The notes under the pieces are model-generated. The model was given only the letters and a program-made list of their open reading frames with translations, searched no databases and was not told the origin of the DNA. This document shows positions 53,858-63,084 of a DNA stretch of 64,000 nt, piece by piece; position 1 is the first letter of the stretch; each line of letters starts with the position of its first letter. This stretch comes from an uncultured bacterium (lineage in GTDB: Bacteria; Oederibacteriota; PGYV01; CAWJRG01). Position numbers and translations under genes: made by a program. The stretch lies in contig CAWJRG010000010.1 of the NCBI GenBank assembly GCA_963845185.1, positions 64,001-128,000 of the forward strand, read 5' to 3'.

Positions 53858-56800
53858 TTAATGGATTATGAATATTATGCCTGTCAATAATATATTGGAA
53901 TTTAATTTGATTACGTAATAATACACTCCCGGCGATACCAGGCCTCCGTATGAATTCCTGCCGTTCCAGTACACATTTGGCGTTTGTCCCGTCAATGAAA
54001 TTACCAGCTCGCCTGATATTGTGTAAATCTGTATGTCTGCGCCTATTGGCAGGTTGATGATTTTCAACTCCCTTCCTGCTGCTTTATTGAGATTAAACGG
54101 GTTGGGGTAAACAATAATATCGCCGTTTGCGTAAGGCGTGGGGGTTATTGTTATTGTAGGCGATATTGTTGAAGTGGGTGTTATGCTTGGCGTGGGTGTT
54201 TGTGTCAGAGTAATTGTATCGGTCGGTGAAATTGTGTAAGTCGGTGTCCCTGTAAATGTTTCTGTTATGGTTAATGTTGCTGTATCAGTATCCGTAATTG
54301 TAAAGGTCGGCGTTATGGTATAAGTCGCTGTGTTTGTACTTGTCGTTGTAAACGTAGGCGTTGATGTGCTTGTATTTGTTTCTGTCGCCGTAGGTGTGGC
54401 GGTTTTAGTTATGGTTTCCGTTGGCGTAGCCGTTGCCGATGAAGTCGGCGTAGGGCTTGCGCATGCGCCGAATTCTTCGATTCTGTTATTCCAATCATCT
54501 GCAACATATACGTTTCCGCTGCTGTCCACTGCTATTCCTTCAGGAGAACTAAACTGCCCGTTGCCGTTTCCAGTACTACCCCACTGGGTAATATATGTTC
54601 CTGTACTGCTGAATTCCTGGATTCTGCTATTTCCCCAGTCTACAACATAGACGTTTCCAGTGCTATCTACTGCCACTCCAGAAGGCCCATTAAACTGACC
54701 GGGGCTGTTTCCATAACTGCCCCATTGTGTTATATAAGTGCCTGTACTGCTGAATTCCTGCATCCTATTATTCAAATGGTCTGAAACGTAAACATTCCCG
54801 CTGCTATCTACTGCTATTCCTCCAGGCCCATTAAACTGCCCGTTGCCGCTTCCTAAATTTCCCCATTGTGTAATATATGCGCCTGCGCTATTGAATTCCT
54901 GGATCCTGTTATTACCCGTGTCTGCCACATACACGTTCCCGCTGCTGTCTACTGCTATTCCATAAGGTTGATTAAACTGCCCGTTACTGCAAGACGGACA
55001 TATTCCTAAACTACCCCATTGCGTTATATATGTGCCTGTACTGCTAAATTCTTGGATTCTGTCAGTGCCAGTATCTGCAACATAAACATCCCCACTGCTG
55101 TTTACTGCTATTCCTGAAGGACCAGAAAACTGGCCATTGCCGCTTCCGGCACCACCCCATTTGGTTATATATGTGCCCGTACTGCTAAATTCTTGGATTC
55201 TGTAATTAGAAGTATCCGTTACATACACATTCCCGCTGCTGTTTACTGCTATTCCATAAAGACCTTGAAACTGCCCATTGCCGGTTCCATTACTGCCCCA
55301 TGCAGTAATAAAACAAGACGTAGGCCCGGATGTTAAGGTGGCAGTATATGTCGGCGTAATCGTGAACGTGTTTGTAGGCGACACTGCAGGCGTTGGCGTC
55401 AAAGTCGGCGTCTCTGTTGGCGTATTAGTGCTTATTTCAGTTGCCGTGGCACTCAGCACGGTGCATGTGACGCTCGCTGTAGGTGTGCTTGTTCCGGTTG
55501 ACGTAGCAATAAGCACGGTGCACGTGGCACTCGTAGTCACCGTCGGGCTTGTGCACGCGCCGAATTCTTCTATTCTGTCATTACCCTCGTCGACAACATA
55601 AACGTCCCCGCTGCTGTCTACTGCTACTGCTTCAGGAAAAGAAAATTGCCCGTTGCCGGTTCCGGTACTACCCCATTGTGTTATATATGTGCCTGTGCTG
55701 CTGAATTCCTGTATCCTGTTATTGCCGTATTCCGAAACATACACGTTTCCGCTGCTGTCTACTGCTATTCCCCAGGGATAATTAAACTGCCCGGGATTGC
55801 TTCCGGTACTACCCCATTGTGTTATATATGTGCCTGTACTGCTGAATTCCTGGATTCTGTTATTATCAGTATCGGGAACATACACGTCCCCGCTGCTGTT
55901 TACTGCTATTCCCCATGGATTCCAAAACTGCCCGTTGCCGTTTCCAAAATTGCCCCATTGCGTTATGTATGTGCCTGTACTATTAAATTCTTCGATTCTG
56001 CTATTGCCTTGGTCCACGACATACACGTTTCCGCTGCTGTCTATTGCCACTCCATGAGGAGCATTTAACTGCCCGTTGCCAGCTCCATAACTTCCCCATT
56101 GTGCTATATACGTGCCTGTGCTGCTGAATTCCTGTATCCTGTTGCTCCATACGTCTGTAACATACACGTTTCCGCTGCTGTCCACTGCTATTCCTTGAGG
56201 ATTTAAAAACTGCCCATTACCGCTTCCATTACTTCCCCATTGCGTGATATATGCGCCTGTACTGCTGAATTCCTGGATTCTGTTATTATACAAATCTACA
56301 ACATACACATTTCCGCTGTTATCTATTGCTATTCCATAAGGATCATCAAACTGCCCGTTGCCTGCGGTTGCTCCACAACATCCATAACTGCCCCATTGCG
56401 TTATATAACACGGCGTTGGCCCTGAAACCAGAGTGGCAGTATATGTCGGTGTAATCGTTGATGTGTTTGTAGGCGACAGGAAAGGCGTCGGCGTGCTTGT
56501 AGGCGTGAGACATAATACCATGATCCACGGTCCCATTGAGGTTATTGGGCAAGTTATGGAACTATCGGGCGACGATTCAACATTATAAGAATCACCGAAT
56601 TCAACTGGGCACGGTGCGACAGGCGCAGCGGCTCCCGGTCCTCCCCCGCTTTTATCACCGTAATTTATTGTTATCTGTCCTGTATTCGCCGCAAGATTAC
56701 TCACCTCTACTATTATATCCTGTCCGCTTACGTTTTCGCTTATAATTGAACCGCTGTTCACAACAACCGTAAAATATCCGGGGTCGGTTGGCACAATGCT

Positions 56801-58495
56801 TGGCGGGCTCCATCCGGCGCGAAGGGTTATTTTCAGCGTTCCGTACCCTGGCGAACTCGCCCATGTTGTCGGCCCTGAAGTATAAGTAAACACAAGCGTA
56901 TTGCCCGTGCTTCCCGAATAAACAAATGTTGGATTTACAACAGCGCTCCCCTCGCCTGTACATACTGTGATAGTTTGGGTTGGGGTGCAGGTAAAAGTCA
57001 ATGTTGCAGTACTGGAAAAAGTGGGTGTTATTGTCGGAATTTGCATTATCACAGATCCGCATGTTACAGGGGTGGCGGTTATTAACCCAAAAATCGCGTC
57101 TATCCCGCTTGCCTGCTCGTAAAAACTCACGGTTCCCGTTCCGATACAGTTATATACCCATGTGAATTGCAGGCCTGTTCCCGGCATTATAGCTGCGCTT
57201 GCAGGATTTGGCCCGCTCGCCAGGGACACGCTTGACGCATCACCCTCGGCAATGGCTGAAGCCTGCACATTGCTTGCCGTATTGCCGCCGATATTGCTTA
57301 CACTTATTATAACGGTTATGTTTTGCCCCACGCTTACAGGGCTTGCCAATGATGTGCAATTTATTACCAGGTTCGCCATAGGCGGTTGTATCGTCACAAC
57401 ATTGCTCGAGCATAAAGTCGAAACATTTGCCCCGCTGTTCGCGTCAGTTCCCTGCGCACCCCCGCTGAAAGTTTTATTACCCATCCCTGTCGCTGTATAT
57501 ATCCATGTAAAAGCAGTTGCCGAACCGCCGAATATGGCTGCGGAAGCAGGCGATGGCCCGGCAACTATGACCACGTTTCCGGTTCCTGATAAATTGAAGG
57601 GGAAAGGCATCACGATGATTGCGGCAGCCTGCCCGATATTTGTCACGGTCATTATCACGGTTATCATCCCGTTGATACTTACAGGGTCAGGCATCGCGTC
57701 AATCCCGCAAATCAAAGAAGCAGGATACTGGATTGTAACCATATTGCTTGTCGGTGTATTGCCCGTTATTGTCATCCCGCTGTTCGCGTCCGTTCCTGAT
57801 GCGCTTGCCGTGCAAATTATATTCCCTGCGCCGCCAGCCGAATAAGTCCATGTAAAATATGCCACGGTTGAGCCTGTTATTGTCTGGCACGAAGGGCTTG
57901 AAATTAATACTGCATTGCCTATACCCGTTATAGCAGGGTTTGAAGCGCACACGTTATTTGCGTTTGTCTGGCCCGTATTTGTTACGGTCATTATCAATGT
58001 TATATACTGCCCGATGCTGGCCATGGAAGGCATCGCGGATAAACCTGCAGCCAGGCTCGCAGGGGTTTGTGCAGTTACTGTTGCTGTCGCAGGCTGGGAG
58101 CAAACAGTGCTGCAATCCAAAACCGATATATAAATACTTCCGGCACAGGTCGCGGTATAAACCCATGAAAATGTCCCGCTGTTCCCTGCTGTTATTGTCA
58201 AGCTGGCAGGAGAAGGGGACGTTAACATAATTGTGCAGCCGGTGCCGCTCACGATGGGTGGATTGGGCGTTACGGAATCCGCATCCTGGTCTCCGGTATT
58301 TGTTACGGTATTTATTAAGGTAAAATCCTGCCCCAAAGAAACCACGGAAGGCACTGCGCTTACGTCTGATTGCAGGACAGGCAGGGCAAAGGCGGGAGAA
58401 TATATGAAAACAGGCAGAAAAAAAATAATAAAATGCAATAATTTTTTTATTCTTATCCCCTGTAATTTTTTGGAATTTAAGGCGTACCCGAACAT
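53858..58495 (-). CDS. Large secreted surface protein: Ig-like repeats, two NHL six-bladed beta-propellers, Thr/Pro linkers, FlgD/T9SS-like C-terminal domain
   Basis: Four repeats like VSxGQxITVIMTVTNxG...FTWxYxA, two sets of six ~47-aa WGSxGxGNGQFxxPxGIAVDSSGNVYVxDxxNNRIQEF repeats, C-terminal VYPNP...IYTISGELV...WNGRN...GVY. Confidence 0.9.
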   Translation of the reverse strand: MFGYALNSKKLQGIRIKKLLHFIIFFLPVFIYSPAFALPVLQSDVSAVPSVVSLGQDFTLINTVTNTGDQDADSVTPNPPIVSGTGCTIMLTSPSPASLTITAGNSGTFSWVYTATCAGSIYISVLDCSTVCSQPATATVTAQTPASLAAGLSAMPSMASIGQYITLIMTVTNTGQTNANNVCASNPAITGIGNAVLISSPSCQTITGSTVAYFTWTYSAGGAGNIICTASASGTDANSGMTITGNTPTSNMVTIQYPASLICGIDAMPDPVSINGMITVIMTVTNIGQAAAIIVMPFPFNLSGTGNVVIVAGPSPASAAIFGGSATAFTWIYTATGMGNKTFSGGAQGTDANSGANVSTLCSSNVVTIQPPMANLVINCTSLASPVSVGQNITVIISVSNIGGNTASNVQASAIAEGDASSVSLASGPNPASAAIMPGTGLQFTWVYNCIGTGTVSFYEQASGIDAIFGLITATPVTCGSVIMQIPTITPTFSSTATLTFTCTPTQTITVCTGEGSAVVNPTFVYSGSTGNTLVFTYTSGPTTWASSPGYGTLKITLRAGWSPPSIVPTDPGYFTVVVNSGSIISENVSGQDIIVEVSNLAANTGQITINYGDKSGGGPGAAAPVAPCPVEFGDSYNVESSPDSSITCPITSMGPWIMVLCLTPTSTPTPFLSPTNTSTITPTYTATLVSGPTPCYITQWGSYGCCGATAGNGQFDDPYGIAIDNSGNVYVVDLYNNRIQEFSSTGAYITQWGSNGSGNGQFLNPQGIAVDSSGNVYVTDVWSNRIQEFSSTGTYIAQWGSYGAGNGQLNAPHGVAIDSSGNVYVVDQGNSRIEEFNSTGTYITQWGNFGNGNGQFWNPWGIAVNSSGDVYVPDTDNNRIQEFSSTGTYITQWGSTGSNPGQFNYPWGIAVDSSGNVYVSEYGNNRIQEFSSTGTYITQWGSTGTGNGQFSFPEAVAVDSSGDVYVVDEGNDRIEEFGACTSPTVTTSATCTVLIATSTGTSTPTASVTCTVLSATATEISTNTPTETPTLTPTPAVSPTNTFTITPTYTATLTSGPTSCFITAWGSNGTGNGQFQGLYGIAVNSSGNVYVTDTSNYRIQEFSSTGTYITKWGGAGSGNGQFSGPSGIAVNSSGDVYVADTGTDRIQEFSSTGTYITQWGSLGICPSCSNGQFNQPYGIAVDSSGNVYVADTGNNRIQEFNSAGAYITQWGNLGSGNGQFNGPGGIAVDSSGNVYVSDHLNNRMQEFSSTGTYITQWGSYGNSPGQFNGPSGVAVDSTGNVYVVDWGNSRIQEFSSTGTYITQWGSTGNGNGQFSSPEGIAVDSSGNVYVADDWNNRIEEFGACASPTPTSSATATPTETITKTATPTATETNTSTSTPTFTTTSTNTATYTITPTFTITDTDTATLTITETFTGTPTYTISPTDTITLTQTPTPSITPTSTISPTITITPTPYANGDIIVYPNPFNLNKAAGRELKIINLPIGADIQIYTISGELVISLTGQTPNVYWNGRNSYGGLVSPGVYYYVIKLNSNILLTGIIFIIH

Positions 58496-58504
58496 TCCTT
58501 TTAA

Positions 58505-58738
58505 CCTCCCTTAGTCAAATAGTCCTGTGGACTATTTGACGGGTAGTCTCCATAAGTCATTTAGTAAAAACTACCCTGAGTTTACTTTGCCAAGACGTCA
58601 ACAGGCAATAAAAAGCATTCATTACTCCATGCTTCGCATGGACTTGACAGAGTAATGATTTTGCTTCGCTGTTGACGCTTGCAAAATCAAACTCTGTCAA
58701 GCCGCTCCAGTCCCGAGCCTGCGAGGGACAAGAGGTGT
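58505..58738. repeat. Modular stem-loop repeat (C+A+D+B) in the 5' UTR of the NHL surface protein, abutting its SD
   Basis: C 58513-58576, degenerate A about 58580-58620, D 58623-58702 (nearly identical to 7390-7469), B 58701-58738. Confidence 0.88.
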
Positions 58739-58810
58739 TAGCCCGTTTATCTTATTGGCTCTTGCACCCATTCCGTTCCGAAGGGCAAGCGGCATTAATC
58801 TTATATCTTA

Positions 58811-58839
58811 AGTATATCCCCTGTTTGCGGCTTTGTCAA
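58811..58839 (-). promoter_or_regulatory. Sigma70-type promoter, copy 3 of the conserved cassette
   Basis: Minus strand TTGACA-aagccgcaaacagggga-TATACT, 17-bp spacer. Confidence 0.75.
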
Positions 58840-59357
58840 TTGCGGCTGCACGCGCCTCAAATTGAAACCTCCATGTGCCAGTCGTTTCCCATGTACCAGT
58901 CCCCTGAGCCAATCACTTTGTTCCGGACAGGATCCGGTATAGAAAAGGCAATTCCGGTACATGGCCTTAAACCCGATTATTATGAATGGTTTGGCGTACC
59001 ATGAACCCGAACAACAGTGAATGGTTTCCTATACGGTTTTTAACTCAAATCCGGCTATTTTCCCTTTATCCTGAGCTTGTCGGAGGGCAAAATGTGGATA
59101 ATATGGGATTTCCATAAAACTCACCCCCTAAATAAGAGGGCTGGGGTTTGAACTTCCTCATGACAGCGTCCGTAAACCCCAAAATATCCGCAATTTATGC
59201 ACTGTGCATAAATTTTTTTCCGCGTCGACCTCCCAACCGACCGATTTTACCTATAATCGGTAAATTTGCTCCTGTGCTGGCTTTCCAATTCCCGGAAACG
59301 GAAGTTTCATGTAAAAACGCCCAAATCCCCTTTATTGCCTTTGTTAAATGGGTTATT

Positions 59358-59385
59358 GTAGAGACACGCCATGGCGTGTCTCTAC
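59358..59385. repeat. GTAG-type REP-like perfect palindrome
   Basis: GTAGAGACACGCCATGGCGTGTCTCTAC, directly after the stop codon of 59387..59599. Confidence 0.8.
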
Positions 59386-59386
59386 C

Positions 59387-59599
59387 TTATTTCTCATTTT
59401 GTTTTTCCAGTTCCTTCAGCAGCGATACTCTCGAATAAGCCGCCACCAGAAAAGGCACCAGGTAATTGCAGAATATCCTGAACAAATCTGTTTTTGTAAA
59501 AGACAGGCTGAAGATATGGCTCCCCTGGTTAATAAGGCTTAATATGCTCCCTACCACAAGCGCTGTCAAAAGCGGCTTTGTGAAGCTCCCCGCCTTCAT
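59387..59599 (-). CDS. NrtS-like small membrane protein
   Basis: TALVVGSILSLINQG...NYLVPFLV..YS pattern; overlaps the upstream stop (ATGA). Confidence 0.75.
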   Translation of the reverse strand: MKAGSFTKPLLTALVVGSILSLINQGSHIFSLSFTKTDLFRIFCNYLVPFLVAAYSRVSLLKELEKQNEK

Positions 59600-60999
59600 C
59601 GCTGCACTAAATTTTTCCCAAACTTAAGCAGTTCCTGTACTCTTTTATCAGTCGGCGCCTCGGAATATATTCGCAAAAGCGGCTCTGTGCCCGAGAACCT
59701 GAACAGCAGCCACTCGTTGCCGCCGAGTATGCATTTTATACCGTCAAGCAGATTTACTTTTATTATTTTTTTTCCGAGTATGCTGCCTTTTTTCCTGATG
59801 GCAGCAACCTTTGCCATTATTTTTTTTCTGTCTTTTTCCTTAAACCCGGTGTCAATTCTGTCGTATTTGTAAGTGCCGTATGTTGCGTCAATGTTATCCA
59901 TTATATCCGTTATTTTTTTGCCTTCCTTCACTATAAATTCCACAAACAGCAGGTTGCTTAATATCCCGTCGCGTTCCGGCACATAATATCCGAAGCCTAT
60001 GCCGCCGCTTTCCTCTCCGCCTATTGTATTTTTGTCTTTTATCAGGAAATCCGCGATATTCTTAAACCCGACAGGCGTTTCCACGACCTTCAGCCCGTTT
60101 ATTTTTGCTATTTTATCCAGCAGGAAAGTGCCTGATATGGTCCTTGCAAAAGTCGGCTTCATATTCTTGTTCCTGATATGGTGCAGCAGGTGGAAAACAA
60201 GCACCTTGTGCGGCGTTATGTATTCTCCATCGTTGTCTATTGCTGCCATCCTGTCCCCGTCGCCGTCTATCGCGATGCCAACATCCGCCTTTTCTTCTTT
60301 TACGATGCTGATAAGGTCAAGCAGGTTTTTCTTTATCGGCTCCGGGTTGATTTTTCCGAATAAAGGATCCCTATAGTTGTGGATTACGTAAAGGTTTTCA
60401 TAATACCCCAGAATTTCTTCCATATAGCCTTTACCCGACCCGTACATGTTGTCAAGTACGATTTTAATACCGCTCTTTCGTATTGCATTTATATCTACAA
60501 ACTTCCTTATCAATTCTATATATTCCTTGTCGAGATTTATTTTTTTTATTTTGCCGTTCGCCTGCTTTATTTTCCGTTTGTCTGACAGAAGTTTTTCTAT
60601 TCTACCGGATTCTTGCGAAGATATTCCTGCGCCGTATTTATTCTTGATTTTGAATCCGTTGTAAACATACGGGTTATGGCTTGATGTTATCATGATGCCG
60701 CTGTTAAGCTTTAATCTTTTTACGCCGAACGATACAATCGGCGTGGGCACTGCTTTATCAAAAAGCTGGATATAAAAACCATAGTTTTTCAGCCTTTCTG
60801 CAACAAACTCCGCGTATTTTTCCGATAAGAACCTGAAATCATATCCAACTGCGATTTTCGGCTTTTTATCCGTTTTTAAAACATACTTTGCGTACGCATC
60901 CGTCACTTTTGCCAGGTTCGCGAAGGTAAATTCCTCGCCTATTTTTGCGCGCCATCCGTCTGTGCCGAACTTTATCGGGTTTCCCGGCATATTATGCAT
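59596..60999 (-). CDS. Phosphoglucomutase/phosphomannomutase family protein
   Basis: FGTDGWR, ITSSHNP, DGDGDR, GGEESGG and RFSGTEPLLRIY motifs. Confidence 0.95.
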   Translation of the reverse strand: MHNMPGNPIKFGTDGWRAKIGEEFTFANLAKVTDAYAKYVLKTDKKPKIAVGYDFRFLSEKYAEFVAERLKNYGFYIQLFDKAVPTPIVSFGVKRLKLNSGIMITSSHNPYVYNGFKIKNKYGAGISSQESGRIEKLLSDKRKIKQANGKIKKINLDKEYIELIRKFVDINAIRKSGIKIVLDNMYGSGKGYMEEILGYYENLYVIHNYRDPLFGKINPEPIKKNLLDLISIVKEEKADVGIAIDGDGDRMAAIDNDGEYITPHKVLVFHLLHHIRNKNMKPTFARTISGTFLLDKIAKINGLKVVETPVGFKNIADFLIKDKNTIGGEESGGIGFGYYVPERDGILSNLLFVEFIVKEGKKITDIMDNIDATYGTYKYDRIDTGFKEKDRKKIMAKVAAIRKKGSILGKKIIKVNLLDGIKCILGGNEWLLFRFSGTEPLLRIYSEAPTDKRVQELLKFGKNLVQR

Positions 61000-61000
61000 A

Positions 61001-62065
61001 TTATATCGCCTCGAATCTGCTGTAATTGGTGATTTTCGTGTAATCCCCTACAACCGAATTGTGCAGGACGACATTTGCCTGTATTTCGCAGTTATTGCCT
61101 ATTATGCAGTTCTTTATGGTCACGTTTTCGCCTATTTTCACGCTGTCCCATATTATGCTTCTTTCGATGCAGCAGTTTTTGCCTACTTCGCAGTGGTTGC
61201 CGATTATGGTCAGCGGGCTGAAAGTACCCCTTTCTATCCTGCAAAAATCCCCTATTATTATCGGTCCCCTGAAAAACGTGCCGATTGAAATATTTGTCTT
61301 TTTGCCGACCCTGACATTCCATCTTAAAATTCTTGTTGGAATTGACGGCAGCAGTTTTGACCGCTGCTCGAGCACATCAAAATTCGCCTGCATGTATTTT
61401 TCCAGTGTACCTATATCCAGCCAGTAAGAGTCGGACTTGTAAGCCATTACTTTTTCATTGTTTTTCAGTATTTCGGGAAAAACCCCGCGTTCGAGCGAAT
61501 AATTTTTGCCCTGCGGTATATATACAAGTATTTTCCTGTTAAAAACGTATATTCCGGCGTTTATCCACCTTGTCTTTACTTCGGCCCAGTTTGGTTTTTC
61601 AAGGAATTTGCTTATCCTGTTTCCGTGGTCGGTTTCCACAAGCCCGTATGATGTCGGGTCATCAACCTCGTTCAGGTATATTGTGGCCATGGCGCTGTTC
61701 TTCCTGTGGACTTCCATCATTTTTTTCAGGTTCACGTCCGTCAGGATGTCCCCGTTCATTACTATAAAATCGCCGGCAAGCAGCATCTCGGCATTTTTGA
61801 CAGCCCCACCGGTTCCTAGGGGCTGGTCCTCTATTACATACCTTATATTCATTCCGTACTTTTTCCCCGTTCCTATAATGTGCTTTATCCTGTCCGGTAA
61901 ATAGCAGACGCTTAATATGACCTCCTTTACTTTGTACTTTTTAAGCAGCTTAAGCTGGTACTCAAAAAAGTGCTTATTGGCAATCGGTACCATGCTTTTT
62001 AATGAATTCATCGTTAAAGGCCTCAGCCTTGTTCCTTCGCCTCCCAGTAATATCAATGCTTTCAT
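61001..62065 (-). CDS. NDP-sugar pyrophosphorylase (mannose-1-phosphate guanylyltransferase-like) with left-handed beta-helix tail
   Basis: LGGEGTRLRPLT, PLGTGGA, NGD, FLEKP and YWLDIGT motifs, hexapeptide repeats. GGAGG RBS before ATG 62065. Confidence 0.9.
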   Translation of the reverse strand: MKALILLGGEGTRLRPLTMNSLKSMVPIANKHFFEYQLKLLKKYKVKEVILSVCYLPDRIKHIIGTGKKYGMNIRYVIEDQPLGTGGAVKNAEMLLAGDFIVMNGDILTDVNLKKMMEVHRKNSAMATIYLNEVDDPTSYGLVETDHGNRISKFLEKPNWAEVKTRWINAGIYVFNRKILVYIPQGKNYSLERGVFPEILKNNEKVMAYKSDSYWLDIGTLEKYMQANFDVLEQRSKLLPSIPTRILRWNVRVGKKTNISIGTFFRGPIIIGDFCRIERGTFSPLTIIGNHCEVGKNCCIERSIIWDSVKIGENVTIKNCIIGNNCEIQANVVLHNSVVGDYTKITNYSRFEAI

Positions 62066-62097
62066 CTTTGCCTCCATTTTTGTAACAGCCTTTTAAT

Positions 62098-62155
62098 GTA
62101 GAGACGTAGCGTTGCTGCGTCTCGTTTTTAAGACGTTCCGCCGGAACGTCTCTAC
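62098..62155. repeat. REP doublet (GTAG...CTAC, two hairpins)
   Basis: GTAGAGACGTAGC-gtt-GCTGCGTCTC...AGACGTTCC-gcc-GGAACGTCTCTAC; its CTA end supplies the TAG stop of the epimerase gene. Confidence 0.8.
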
Positions 62156-63072
62156 TTTAATTTTAAAAAATATTCGTAAGTTTTTCTTATGCCTTCTTCA
62201 AGCTTTACCTTTGGTTTCCATCCGAGCATTCTTGTTGCCTTTTTGGCGTCAAGGTAATTCGCCAATAAATCACCTTCTCTGAAAGGCCCGGGTACAGCAG
62301 CCTCATCATAACCTGTAACCTTTTGTATCGCTTTGTAAAGCTGGTTTACGTCTGTTTTAACGCCTGTACCTATGTTAAAAGCTTCGTTGTCGCCTTTTGT
62401 CAAAGCTATGACATTTGCAGCTGCTACATCCCCTGCAAAAACATAATCCCTAATGCATTTTCCTCCGCCGAATATCATCGGCTTTTCGTTTTTCATTATC
62501 TTTTTTATGAATATGGCCACAACTCCCGCTTCGCCGTGCGGTATCTGCCTGGGGCCGTATACATTGCTGTATCTTAATATCGTGTACTTTAACCCGAACT
62601 GCGCGGTATAAAACTTGACATAATGCTCCCCTGCAACCTTGCTGATACCGTATGGGTTTTCCGGTTGAAGCGGGTTGTTTTCATGCGCGGGAAGTTTTAC
62701 GCTGCCGCCATATACCGTGCCTCCGCTTGAAATGAATATAAACTTTTTAATTTTATTTTCTCTTGCCGCCTCAAGCAGGTTTAAAGTTCCGTTTATGTTG
62801 TTTTCCGCGTCCCATACCGGGTTTTTTACTGAGTCAGGCACGCTTATCTGCGCCGCATGGTGGTTGATGACGTCTATTTTTTCTTTTTTTATTATATCCC
62901 TTATTTTTTTGTCGCGAATGTCTATTTTGTAAAACCGCGCGGCCTTGTTTATATTCTTTTTATTTCCCATAACAAGATTGTCAACTATTATAACCCTGTG
63001 CCCTGCTTCAATAAATGCGTCTGCGACATTTGAGCCTATAAATCCGGCCCCGCCTGTTACTAATATATTCAT
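62152..63072 (-). CDS. galE: NAD-dependent epimerase, UDP-glucose 4-epimerase-like
   Basis: VTGGAGFIGS, HHAAQISV, SSGG, YGISK, RYSNVYGPRQ and RDYV motifs. Confidence 0.88.
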   Translation of the reverse strand: MNILVTGGAGFIGSNVADAFIEAGHRVIIVDNLVMGNKKNINKAARFYKIDIRDKKIRDIIKKEKIDVINHHAAQISVPDSVKNPVWDAENNINGTLNLLEAARENKIKKFIFISSGGTVYGGSVKLPAHENNPLQPENPYGISKVAGEHYVKFYTAQFGLKYTILRYSNVYGPRQIPHGEAGVVAIFIKKIMKNEKPMIFGGGKCIRDYVFAGDVAAANVIALTKGDNEAFNIGTGVKTDVNQLYKAIQKVTGYDEAAVPGPFREGDLLANYLDAKKATRMLGWKPKVKLEEGIRKTYEYFLKLK

Positions 63073-63084
63073 GTTAACCTCCAG

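Noticed and set aside
54470..56400. Regular ~141-bp nucleotide repeats as a possible CRISPR array or DGR
   Set aside because: These are in-frame NHL repeats of one protein. The kelch, PD40 and TPR repeats are likewise coding. No cas or reverse transcriptase gene is in the window.
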